From contig JAYQOB010000008.1 of assembly GCA_038144595.1 (NCBI GenBank), positions 151,871 through 215,870 of the forward strand: a stretch of DNA of 64,000 nucleotides, in the 5' to 3' direction. How positions within the stretch are numbered: the first letter of the stretch is position 1; every line of letters begins with the position of its first letter. The notes below the pieces were generated by a model that worked only from the letters and a program-made list of their open reading frames with translations, had not been told where the DNA came from and did not search any database. Position numbers and translations under genes: made by a program. This document shows, one piece after another, positions 1-8,765 of this stretch. Source of the DNA: Candidatus Poseidoniales archaeon (lineage in GTDB: Archaea > Thermoplasmatota > Poseidoniia > Poseidoniales > Poseidoniaceae).

Positions 1-159
1 GTTGCGATCGGTGGGCTCAAGGGCGTTGTCGATGATGCGGTTGTAAAAGCCAAAGAAGCCGAGCGCGTGTTCGGCCATGCCTTGGGCGACCTCGGCGTCC
101 ATGTCAAGGTCAATGTGCTGTTGAATCGCCTTTGTCAGTTCTGCAAGTGTCATGCCCAT
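1..159 (-). CDS. Conserved Thermoplasmatota hypothetical protein (DUF6015-like), N-terminal part, runs off the window edge
   Basis: Manual translation MGMTLAELTKAIQQHIDLDMDAEVAQGMAEHALGFFGFYNRIIDNALEPTDRN from ATG 159-157, with GAGG upstream. Family call from recalled 'GF..RIIDN.LEP.DR' motif. Confidence 0.6.
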   Translation of the reverse strand, partial: MGMTLAELTKAIQQHIDLDMDAEVAQGMAEHALGFFGFYNRIIDNALEPTDRN

Positions 160-337
160 CGTCTCGCCTCCGAACTCGGGAAACCGGGTGTTTTCGGTCC
201 CCGTTGCTATATTATATTGGTCACCGACCCATATTAAGTGTTCCATGTCTTTTCATGAAATCGGTCCTTTGAACCCGAAAATCGGGGTCCTGCCCTCATC
301 GGCAGGATGATGAAGGTGGCGATGACCGAGTCAAATC

Positions 338-1355
338 ATGTCGGAGGACTTTGAGGAAGGGGCGTTTCTCGGCCTGCCTCGCGGTCAAGGGTCCAGCCGA
401 TGTTGCCGTGGTCCCCCTCGCCTACGAGTTGACGACCTCGTACGGAATCGGCGCTTGCGATGGACCGCAGGCCTGCGTTGAGGCCAGCGGCCAGGTTGAG
501 TTGTACGACGACCGACTGGGCGACGACCTTCCGGCCGGCCTCGTCATTTCAACCGAGCCCGTTTGGGAGGGAACTGCCCCGACACTGCGAGCACAGTTGG
601 ACGAACTGGCGGCGCACGCTGTTTCGTTCTACAGCGGCGACCTGTTTCCCCTGTTTTTGGGAGGTGAGCACGGCATTCTGCCGCCCATCATGCACGCTGC
701 TCGCCATCATCCGGGCGTCAACGGCGACCTGTCAAGCCTGTCAGTGGTGCAACTCGATGCTCACGCTGACCTGCGAAGTTCCCTTGACGACGAGGTGTTC
801 TCCCATGCTTGCGCAGCCGCTCGCAGCCTTGATGTGGGCGTGGGTCAACTGGTGCAGGCAGGCATCCGTGCCTACAGTTTGGAGGAAGCCGAGCGGATTC
901 GTAACGATGAGCGCATCACGACATTCTTTGCTCGAGACACCCAGCATCCCCACACCGGTGGAGCAGTGTGGCAAGCGTGGCTTGACCAACTTTCATCGTT
1001 GTCCGGTCCCGTTCATTTCACGCTCGACATTGACGGACTGGACGGTGCTCTTGTGCCCGCGACGGGCACCCCTGTGCCGGGTGGGCTGAGTTACTGGCAA
1101 GCGGTAGAAACCATTGAGACACTCTTCGCCAATCCCAACGTCGTGGTGATCAGTGCCGATGTGAACGAAATCGTAGCCCAACAGGACACGCCGCTGACCC
1201 AGTTCACGGCGGCGGGTCTTGCCACCAAGATCATCGCCAGCCACGTGCTCGCACGCCGGGAAGGACGCTGGGTGGCCCGCTCCTCACCTTCGCCCCATTC
1301 CACCGATGAAACATATTTCCAGCGGTTTGTGCCGAGCGTTCCTTCGGCACCTTGA
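338..1355 (+). CDS. speB: Agmatinase / ureohydrolase (frameshift near 388-391)
   Basis: Ureohydrolase motifs GGEH, LDAHAD, LDIDGLD, PATGTPVPGG. ATG 338 reads MSEDFEEGAFLGLPRGQG and joins the 351..1355 frame (PADVAVVP) if one G of caaggg is removed. Confidence 0.85.
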
Positions 1356-1390
1356 AATAGGCCATGGTGAGGCAGGGCGCAGGTGAGTTC

Positions 1391-1777
1391 ATGACGGTCA
1401 ACCCTCCCCAAGGGGCCCACGTGTTCCTCGATTATGTCAACGCCTTTTTCGAAGGTGAAGATGACTATCAGTGGCTCTTTTCCACCATGCGAGAAGCGGT
1501 CGCTCAAAGTCCAGCCACCGAAGTCCATGCCCACCTCGCCCCGTTTGATGGAAGCACTTCGCCACCGGGGTTCGCCGCCGTGGTGCTCATTGACGAGAGT
1601 CATATCACGGCCCACTGCTACGCTGACCGAGGCCTGCTGGCCGTGGATTGCTTCACCTGCGGCGACACCGACCCCGAATTCATCGCCACCTACCTCGACG
1701 AGCGACTCACGGCGCGGTTTCCGGGCCTGCTGCGAACGCGAAAAGACCGCGTGGACCGGTTTCTGACGGAGGGTTGA
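1391..1777 (+). CDS. speD: Pyruvoyl-dependent decarboxylase proenzyme, SpeD/AdoMetDC fold
   Basis: Autocleavage motif LIDE|SHITAHCY and DCFTCG; SD-like AGGTGA before ATG 1391. Confidence 0.8.
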   Translation: MTVNPPQGAHVFLDYVNAFFEGEDDYQWLFSTMREAVAQSPATEVHAHLAPFDGSTSPPGFAAVVLIDESHITAHCYADRGLLAVDCFTCGDTDPEFIATYLDERLTARFPGLLRTRKDRVDRFLTEG

Positions 1778-1780
1778 GCG

Positions 1781-2741
1781 ATGTCCATTCGTTCCTTTGT
1801 CGACGAGCACTACCGCCACTTCAACGCGGGGACGGTCGCTCGGGCATCGTCCTCGCTCGTTGAATTTCTCGATGAGGGCGGACGTATTTTTCTGACGCTG
1901 GCCGGTGCGATGAGCACGGCGGAAATTGGGCGCAGCTTGGCCGGCATGATCCGTGCCGGGCACATCGCCGCCATCTCGTGCACGGGGGCGAACCTCGAAG
2001 AGGACGTGTTCAACTTGGTCGCTCACGATGCCTACGTCAAGGTGGCCAATCACGAGGACCTCTCACCGGAAGATGAGGCCGCGTTGCTGGAGCGCAAGTT
2101 GAACCGGGTGACCGACGTGTGCATTCCTGAGGACGCCGCGATTCGTGCCATCGAACATCATCTCATGGGTGTGTGGCGGTCTGCACAGGAGTCCAGTGAA
2201 TCCCTGTTGCCTCACGAACACCTGTATTGCTTGTTGCGCTCGGGGGCGCTCGAAGACACCTACCAAGCCGACCCTCGCCACTCTTGGTTGTTGGCCGCCG
2301 CTGAGGTCAACCTTCCGCTCTATCGTCCCGGGGTGGGAGGATTCTACGCTGGGCAACATCTTTGCTGCTCGTTGTTCAGAAGGGCGCCTTCATCCCGATG
2401 TGGTGCTGAGTGGGACTCACTACATGACGGACCTGATGACGTTCTACCGTTCGTGCACCACGCCCTTGGCGTTTCTTCAGTCCGGTGGGGGCATTGCGGG
2501 GGATTTCCCCATCTGCGTGGTGCCCTTGCTCCACCAAGATTTGAGGGAACAAGACGTGCAACTTTGGTCGTGGTTCTGCCAAATCACGGACGCCACCGCC
2601 TCCTACGGCGGTTACTCTGGCGCACCGCCCAACGAGAAAATCACGTGGGGAAAACTGGGTGTTGCGACGCCGAAGTTCAACATTCAAAGCGATGCAACCA
2701 TCGTGCTGCCCCTCATGTTCGCCTATGTTCTTGACCGCTAG
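1781..2741 (+). CDS. Deoxyhypusine synthase-like protein, bacterial-type family (frameshift near 2321)
   Basis: HFNAG, LAGAMSTAE and TGANLEED lie in frame 1781; PGWEDSTLGN, GGGIAGDFPICVVP, YSGAPPNEKITWGK and SDATIV lie in frame 2145. Removing one T at about 2321 joins them. Confidence 0.85.
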
Positions 2742-2791
2742 GGGCACATCATCCCCAAAGTCTTGAAGGGGAGCAGCACCACCTTCTCACC

Positions 2792-5700
2792 ATGACGAAT
2801 CGAGGAGTGAGCCTCTGCCTTGCGGTTGTTTTGGCGATGTCGTTGGTGCCGGCCTCGGTTCAAGCGGACGAGGTTCCATCGGTGAAGATCACCACGCACT
2901 GGGTCGGAGACGGGCCCACAGCAACCCTTCACGCCTACACCCTGACCTTTTCGGACAACGGAACGTACAGCGTTGACATCGACATGCTCCAGGAACGCAA
3001 TGGCACGGCGCTGGCGACCTCACACAACCTCGCATGGGACAGCATGGACGGTGTACGTACAGCCCTCCTCACGTTTGACACGTCCTTGGCGTGGGGTGAC
3101 GTCATCGATTTGGCCGTCACCATCACGGACCACGACGGGACATCGGGCCTTGACATCACCACGCAGCGCACCTTCACCGTCGGGCAGTGGAATCAACCGA
3201 TGGACGACCATGAAGTCCTCCTTTCCACCTCGTGGGCGATGAGCCAGAACTACACCACCGAAGCCGGTGAGCAGGCGTTTGACCTCTCCTTCACGGGCCA
3301 GGGTTGGCAGGAACGGGTCGGCACCACCCTCTCATCATGGGAACTCGGCAACGGGACCTTCCGAACCGTAGAAACCACGGAAGACGGGACAACGGACATG
3401 GACTTGGTGCTGACTCAACTGTGGAAGAACGAGACCGTCGTCGCGGGACTGCTCACCAGCCAGGTCTTTGATGCTCGAGGCTTTGGAAACCTCCAGACCA
3501 CGGTCATTGACGGCGACATGGTCACGGTCATTGACGCCGATGTGTCGCAGGCACTTCTCAACCGGTCGGTCATCAACGGCGTGGTTGGTGAACACCTTTC
3601 AATCGAGGCCACGGGCTTGCTCAACGTCTCGGAGGATGGCGAGGAGAACAACTCGCTTTCCATTGATGGCGAACTCGCTGTGTTCTTGTTTGAGTACGTC
3701 GACCTTGACGGCGTGCGGTTGCTTCAGCACACTCAGTTTGAAGCGATGGCCGATTTCATCCTGATCGAAGATGGGTCTCGGCTGGACGTTTCGCTGGACG
3801 GCTTTTCCTCCCTTGCACGGTGGGAAAACGGTGTGCGCACGCAGCATTTGGAAGAACTGTACGGAGCCGGCACCTTCGGATTTGCGGACCAGGATGAAAA
3901 TGCTTCATTGCAGGTGAACGGTACCATTCTCGACCTGCACACCAAACTCGAAAACGGTACGACCATCATCGACGACCTCCACGTTGACGGCACCCTTTCG
4001 GGCGACGTGCAGGGCACCTTCGGTGTGGTTCGAACCATCGAAGACACCGGCATGCAAGCCAACGCCACGGGCGAACGCTTCCTCGTGAACGTCATTTTCC
4101 AAGAGTCTTGGTTCAACATCACCGGCATCAACGGCGGGAATTTCTTTGACGGCGCTGGTGTTGGCGCTACGCACAATCAAACATGGGACTACCAAGCCGT
4201 CCAGTCCGATTGGGACAACCGAACGGTTCGTCTCGTTTGGCGAGAAACCGGCCCGGACGCCTCGGAAGGCGAGGATCTCCCGGAACGGAGCCCCATCCAG
4301 CAAAACGCAACGGCACCGGTGGCGGAGGAAAGGCTTGGCAACCTGACGGTCGGTCGAGAAACAGGCCTCATGCCCATCCCGCTGATGAAGGACGACCGCC
4401 TTCGTCTTGCAGGTCAGGAGGGCATCACGCTGACGGTGTCGGCCGGTGACACCCGCATCGATGTCAGGGACGGGCACAACCTCACGGTCATTGAGTGGAC
4501 GGGCGTCTACGAGGGCGCTGGTGAGGCTGGTTTGGCTTCGGGTGCCATGGTGTCCGCCGGGCCGCTGAAAGGCCTGCTGTCCACCGTTCAGCGAACGTTG
4601 TCCGTGCCGTTTGGCGAGGACAGCGAAACCGTTGTGCTGGAGGAAACCCAAACCCTCGAGCGCGTGCTTTCACCGGAAATCGTCAGCGAGGATGACAACA
4701 CGGCCCCCTCCATCGGTGAAGTTCAGTGGCGAGACGGACTTGCCATCGGTGAAGGCGCCATGGTTGCTCATCTCGAAGTGAGCGTCACCGACTTGGAGTG
4801 GAACGTGATCGGCGTGTCCGCCGACCTCTCGTCCCTCGGCCTTGGTGAAATCGAACTCAACGACAGAGGGCTCAATGGCGACGCCGCCATCGGTGATGAC
4901 GTCTACACGGCGTCGGTGATCATTACCGGTCTCGAGGTCGGTGCTCATTCGGTCGGCGTGTCTGCCACGGACAGTTTCGGAGCCACGAGTTCCACCACGG
5001 GTGAACTCGACGTGGGCAACCAGGCCCCGCGAATCATCGGCGTCGAGGTGGTGCCGACCTCCCTTGAGCGTGGTCAATCCGCTGTCATCAACGTTGAGGC
5101 CTACGACGGGCACGGCGTCGATCGGGTCCAGCTCGACCTTCGGGAGTACGGAGGCGAGGTCGTGAACATGACCTCGGAAGACGGTTTGGTTTGGGCGGCC
5201 ATGGTCGAGATGCCCATCGGAATGAATCCGGGTCATCGGTCCATGCTGGTCGTCGCCACCGACGATCTGGGTGCCACCACCCAGCAACGGTTCTCCACGC
5301 CGGTTGACGAGGTTGGAAGCCCCGTGTATGGGCCTCACCACGTCGCATTGGAGGCGGAACTGCCCATCGAAATTCACATCCTCAACGACCGGCCCGTGCT
5401 GGTCAGCGACTCGGTCCGCCTCGACAAAAACCCAGACGAGCCAGCGGTCTACACGATCCAAGCCAGCGACCCCGACGGTGTGGAACGCGTTCAAATCCGG
5501 CTTGGCGTCTTTGCGCCCATCGGTGGTGGCGAATGGGCCATGATGCACGACGACGGCGTGAACGGTGGTGATGAGGTGGCGGGCGACGGCACCTACAGCG
5601 TCCTTCTGTCCGTACGGGGTGGAACACCGCTCGGCACGCACCAAGTCTCGTTGAGGGCGTTTGACGTCTACGGGGAAATGAACACGGGGTCCGCTGTCAT

Positions 5701-5866
5701 TACGCTCGCCGAACCCGATGCTCCGGGCGTCTCCGAGGGTGGCCTCAGTACGATGGTGCTTGGCGGCTTGGGGCTGGTGGTCTTCCTCGGTGCCGTGGTG
5801 ATTCTCTCGTTGATGCTTCGCCGTGGTAGCGGAGGCGAGGGTGGCGACCGGTTCGGCATGCAATGA
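2792..5866 (+). CDS. Large secreted, C-terminally membrane-anchored acidic protein with 'LNDxGxNGD..GDxxY' (choice-of-anchor X-like) motifs
   Basis: 1024 aa; N-terminal signal peptide; motifs LNDRGLNGDAAIGDDVYT and MHDDGVNGGDEVAGDGTYS; C-terminal TM helix followed by RRG. Confidence 0.75.
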   Translation: MTNRGVSLCLAVVLAMSLVPASVQADEVPSVKITTHWVGDGPTATLHAYTLTFSDNGTYSVDIDMLQERNGTALATSHNLAWDSMDGVRTALLTFDTSLAWGDVIDLAVTITDHDGTSGLDITTQRTFTVGQWNQPMDDHEVLLSTSWAMSQNYTTEAGEQAFDLSFTGQGWQERVGTTLSSWELGNGTFRTVETTEDGTTDMDLVLTQLWKNETVVAGLLTSQVFDARGFGNLQTTVIDGDMVTVIDADVSQALLNRSVINGVVGEHLSIEATGLLNVSEDGEENNSLSIDGELAVFLFEYVDLDGVRLLQHTQFEAMADFILIEDGSRLDVSLDGFSSLARWENGVRTQHLEELYGAGTFGFADQDENASLQVNGTILDLHTKLENGTTIIDDLHVDGTLSGDVQGTFGVVRTIEDTGMQANATGERFLVNVIFQESWFNITGINGGNFFDGAGVGATHNQTWDYQAVQSDWDNRTVRLVWRETGPDASEGEDLPERSPIQQNATAPVAEERLGNLTVGRETGLMPIPLMKDDRLRLAGQEGITLTVSAGDTRIDVRDGHNLTVIEWTGVYEGAGEAGLASGAMVSAGPLKGLLSTVQRTLSVPFGEDSETVVLEETQTLERVLSPEIVSEDDNTAPSIGEVQWRDGLAIGEGAMVAHLEVSVTDLEWNVIGVSADLSSLGLGEIELNDRGLNGDAAIGDDVYTASVIITGLEVGAHSVGVSATDSFGATSSTTGELDVGNQAPRIIGVEVVPTSLERGQSAVINVEAYDGHGVDRVQLDLREYGGEVVNMTSEDGLVWAAMVEMPIGMNPGHRSMLVVATDDLGATTQQRFSTPVDEVGSPVYGPHHVALEAELPIEIHILNDRPVLVSDSVRLDKNPDEPAVYTIQASDPDGVERVQIRLGVFAPIGGGEWAMMHDDGVNGGDEVAGDGTYSVLLSVRGGTPLGTHQVSLRAFDVYGEMNTGSAVITLAEPDAPGVSEGGLSTMVLGGLGLVVFLGAVVILSLMLRRGSGGEGGDRFGMQ

Positions 5867-5946
5867 CATGGCGCCCTGATGGGGCACTTCCCCAATCGTT
5901 CCTCGCCGACAACCGTTTAAACTCCTTCAAGGTGGGACGGCCACCA

Positions 5947-6021
5947 GCGAGCGTAGTGTAGTGGTTATCACCGGGCGTTGCCAACGCCTGAACCCGGGTT
6001 CGAGTCCCGGCGCTCGCACCA
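5947..6021 (+). tRNA. tRNA-Gly(GCC) with encoded CCA
   Basis: Acceptor stem GCGAGCG/CGCTCGC; anticodon arm GGGCG-TTGCCAA-CGCCT; T-arm CCGGG-TTCGAGT-CCCGG; discriminator A plus CCA at 6018-6021; TTTAAA TATA-like box at about 5916. Confidence 0.97.
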
Positions 6022-6092
6022 CTGCGAGCCATTACAGGTCAATTTCCTCTCAATGTTTATGGGATGAACGCCCCCAACTCAAGGCGAGAGCC

Positions 6093-6413
6093 ATGAGCGA
6101 CCGCAGAGTGATTTTTGTCGGAAAAAAGCCCCTTCATGCCTATGTCCGAGCCGTGGTCAAAGCCATGGAGGACGGCGACCGAGAAATTCAGTTGGTCGCG
6201 CGCGGCGCTACCATCTCCAGAGCGGTCGACGTCGCAGAAGTGTGCCGACGAAGGAACGGCCACATCGCCCAAGGTTTGCCAGAGGCCGTGAACATTCAGC
6301 ACCTCTCGTGCGAATCGGAAGAGGTCGAGGGTGAGAACGGCATGCGAACCGTGAGCGTGCTCCGCATTGACATGGAAGGCGTGGGCGATGTGCCCGAGCC
6401 TCAAGATTCCTGA
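6093..6413 (+). CDS. albA: Alba DNA/RNA-binding protein
   Basis: VIFVGKKPLHAYV...LVARGATISRAVDVAEV...VSVLRI matches the Alba signature. Confidence 0.85.
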   Translation: MSDRRVIFVGKKPLHAYVRAVVKAMEDGDREIQLVARGATISRAVDVAEVCRRRNGHIAQGLPEAVNIQHLSCESEEVEGENGMRTVSVLRIDMEGVGDVPEPQDS

Positions 6414-6772
6414 GCGGCCAACAATTCAAGCCTGCGCTGAATTTCTGCCGCCGTCGCTTCGTACACTTCGTACGCTTGGCCGACCGGGTCTTCGAGTTCC
6501 CAATCCTGGTCGATCTTGATCGCTGGGCAGTGGACACCGCACCCCATGGAGACGACCATGTCAAAATCACTCGGGTTGAAGTTGTCCAGGGATTTCGGGG
6601 TCATCCCCTCCGTGGAGATGCCTCGGCCTTCAAGCAGGGTCACGGCGTGTTTGGCGACCGCTTGGGCAGGATGAGTGCCAGCAGATGCGGCTTCAAGGCC
6701 CATGGATTTGGCCAGTCCTTCGGCCATCTGAGAGCGACAGGAGTTTCCGACACATACGAACAGGACCTTCAT
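6401..6772 (-). CDS. arsC: Low-molecular-weight phosphatase / thioredoxin-type arsenate reductase
   Basis: MKVLFVCVGNSCRSQMAEG (CX5R P-loop), SAGTHP, DW.LEDP. Confidence 0.85.
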   Translation of the reverse strand: MKVLFVCVGNSCRSQMAEGLAKSMGLEAASAGTHPAQAVAKHAVTLLEGRGISTEGMTPKSLDNFNPSDFDMVVSMGCGVHCPAIKIDQDWELEDPVGQAYEVYEATAAEIQRRLELLAAQES

Positions 6773-6824
6773 GCAATCCACAAGCAGACGATGCCATTTA
6801 GACTCTCGCTCCATAGAAGGTTGA

Positions 6825-7255
6825 TGCCTTGACATACCACGGCGTGCACGGCCGCTTGTGTGGCGAGCACTCGGGCTCAACCTGGGCGTGTTCGGGCTCC
6901 TCGTTGGACTCCACATCGTGTTTGCAGCACGCGACATGGACGCCGCCTTTGCCATGGTGGCGGCGCTCATCACCGTCCACGTCCTTGCCTTTGGGCCCAT
7001 CACGGCGCGGGTGGCCTCGCCTGAATCAGTCTTGACATACCACGGCTGGCCGACGCCTTGCACTCCGCCCATCACGGCGTGGGTGGCATCGCCTGAATTG
7101 CCGACGCCAACACTCCGTCGCCACTTTCGCTGGCGATGGCAACTGGCTTGGCGTGGGCCTACGGGGGGATGGCGTGGTCGCTGCCGGCGCTGGTGGGCGT
7201 GCTCGGAGCCACGTTGGTGGTTCACGGCGCTGCATACCGCCGATGGTCGTCGTGA
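6825..7255 (+). CDS. Small membrane protein disrupted by short internal duplications
   Basis: Hydrophobic N-part LVWRALGLNLGVFGLLVGLHIVF (frame 6858) and hydrophobic C-part LAMATGLAWAYGGMAWSLPALVGVLGATLVVHGAAYRRWSS* (stop 7253-7255) in another frame, separated by duplicated segments at 7031-7117. Confidence 0.5.
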
Positions 7256-7315
7256 ACTGCGGCATCATTCCCCCTTTGTGGGTGGGTTGAAGTAGGCCAG
7301 TTTGGTGGTTGATGC

Positions 7316-8325
7316 ATGGCGGATTCCCCCGTATCCATCAACACCCCCGGCGGGGCAAACGAAGCACCTGCCGGCCCATCCCCCCAAGAGCAGAAGCAAA
7401 TGGAACAGGCGTATGCTCAGATGAAGCGCAAGATGGCCATGGAGGAAATCGGTCGCAAGATCAAACACAAAATCATGGTCTTGTCCGGCAAAGGCGGCGT
7501 TGGGAAATCCACCGTTTCCACCGGTCTTGCCCTCTCGCTGGCCCAACAAGGCCACACGGTGGGTATCCTCGACATCGATATCACCGGGCCGAACGTTCCC
7601 AAAATGATGGGCCTCGACGGCCGTCGTCTTCACGTCGAAAACAAGCGGATTCATCCTGCTCAAGGCCACCTTGGTGTGAAGGTCATCAGCATGGCTTTCC
7701 TGCTCGAGGACGAAGACACCCCGGTTGTGTGGCGCGGTCCCATCAAGTTGGGCGCCATCCAGCAATTCATCGGTGATGTGGAATGGGGAGAGTTGGACTA
7801 CCTCATCATCGACTTCCCACCCGGCACCTCAGACGAACCGTTGACGGTGGCGCAATCCCTACCCGACATCGACGGCATGGTCATCGTCACTACGCCGCAG
7901 CAAGTGGCGCTGCTCGACAGCCGAAAATCCATCACCTTCTCCGAGTCCCTCAAGGTGCCCGTGCTCGGTGTTGTTGAGAACATGAGCGGGTTCACGGTGA
8001 ACGGCACGACCTCACCAGGGGCCGAGGTGAACATCGCCGCTCCCGGCGGTAAAACGCTTGCCACCACGGCCGACGATGAAGGCAACTTTTCCGGACGCTT
8101 GATATCTTCAAAGAAGGCGGCGGCAAGGAGACGGCAGAAGAATTCGGTGTTCCCTTCCTCGGCGCCCTGCCCTTTGACCCCGGGTTTGTTCGGGGCGGTG
8201 ATGACGGTGTGCATCGGATCGTTTCCGAACCCGAAGGCCCCTCTGCACAGGCCTTCGCAAAGGTCGTGACGGCCATCCAAGACCAACTTTCTGACGGTGC
8301 CGACGGCGGCCTCGAAATCATTTGA
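7316..8325 (+). CDS. mrp: Mrp/NBP35 (ApbC) Fe-S cluster carrier ATPase (frameshift near 8094)
   Basis: [44 protein letters not shown]; the C-terminus [23 protein letters not shown] continues in another frame to the stop at 8323-8325. Confidence 0.9.
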
Positions 8326-8334
8326 GGTGAGCAC

Positions 8335-8688
8335 ATGGCCGACGTCTTGCCCACGCTCAAGAAGCTTGAACGCCGTGCACAGGACATGGTCCTCACCTAC
8401 GACAACGGCACAGACTTCACGGTCACCTACGACGATTTGCGCCATGCCTGCCCTTGCGCCAAGTGCTCGCCCATGCGAAACGAGGACGACACCAGCCGCA
8501 CGCTGCGTCGCCAAATTGAGGCGCTCCCTGCGGAGAAACCCACGGTTCGAACGGTTGGAAAGTACGCCTTGGCGTTCGAATGGAAGCAAGGTTGCTCGAG
8601 CGGAATCTACCGGTTTGAACGGATCTACGACTTGGCCAACCGCCGCGACCCCGACCGAGGCAAGCCCTACGTCCACGGAGCCTGGTGA
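8335..8688 (+). CDS. DUF971 / GBBH-like N-terminal domain protein
   Basis: LRHACPCAKC...VGKYALAFEW..G.SSGIY pattern; SD GAGGTGA upstream. Confidence 0.8.
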   Translation: MADVLPTLKKLERRAQDMVLTYDNGTDFTVTYDDLRHACPCAKCSPMRNEDDTSRTLRRQIEALPAEKPTVRTVGKYALAFEWKQGCSSGIYRFERIYDLANRRDPDRGKPYVHGAW

Positions 8689-8765
8689 ACAGAACGCCAT
8701 CCGCGCAGGCCGGATGACGACGCTTTGATGAAGGGACGGCGCGACCCAAAACTGGAGGCCACGCT

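Noticed and set aside
5947..6021. tRNA-Gly as an integration site
   Set aside because: I found no duplicated tRNA 3' end in the window, and the flanking genes have host-like composition.
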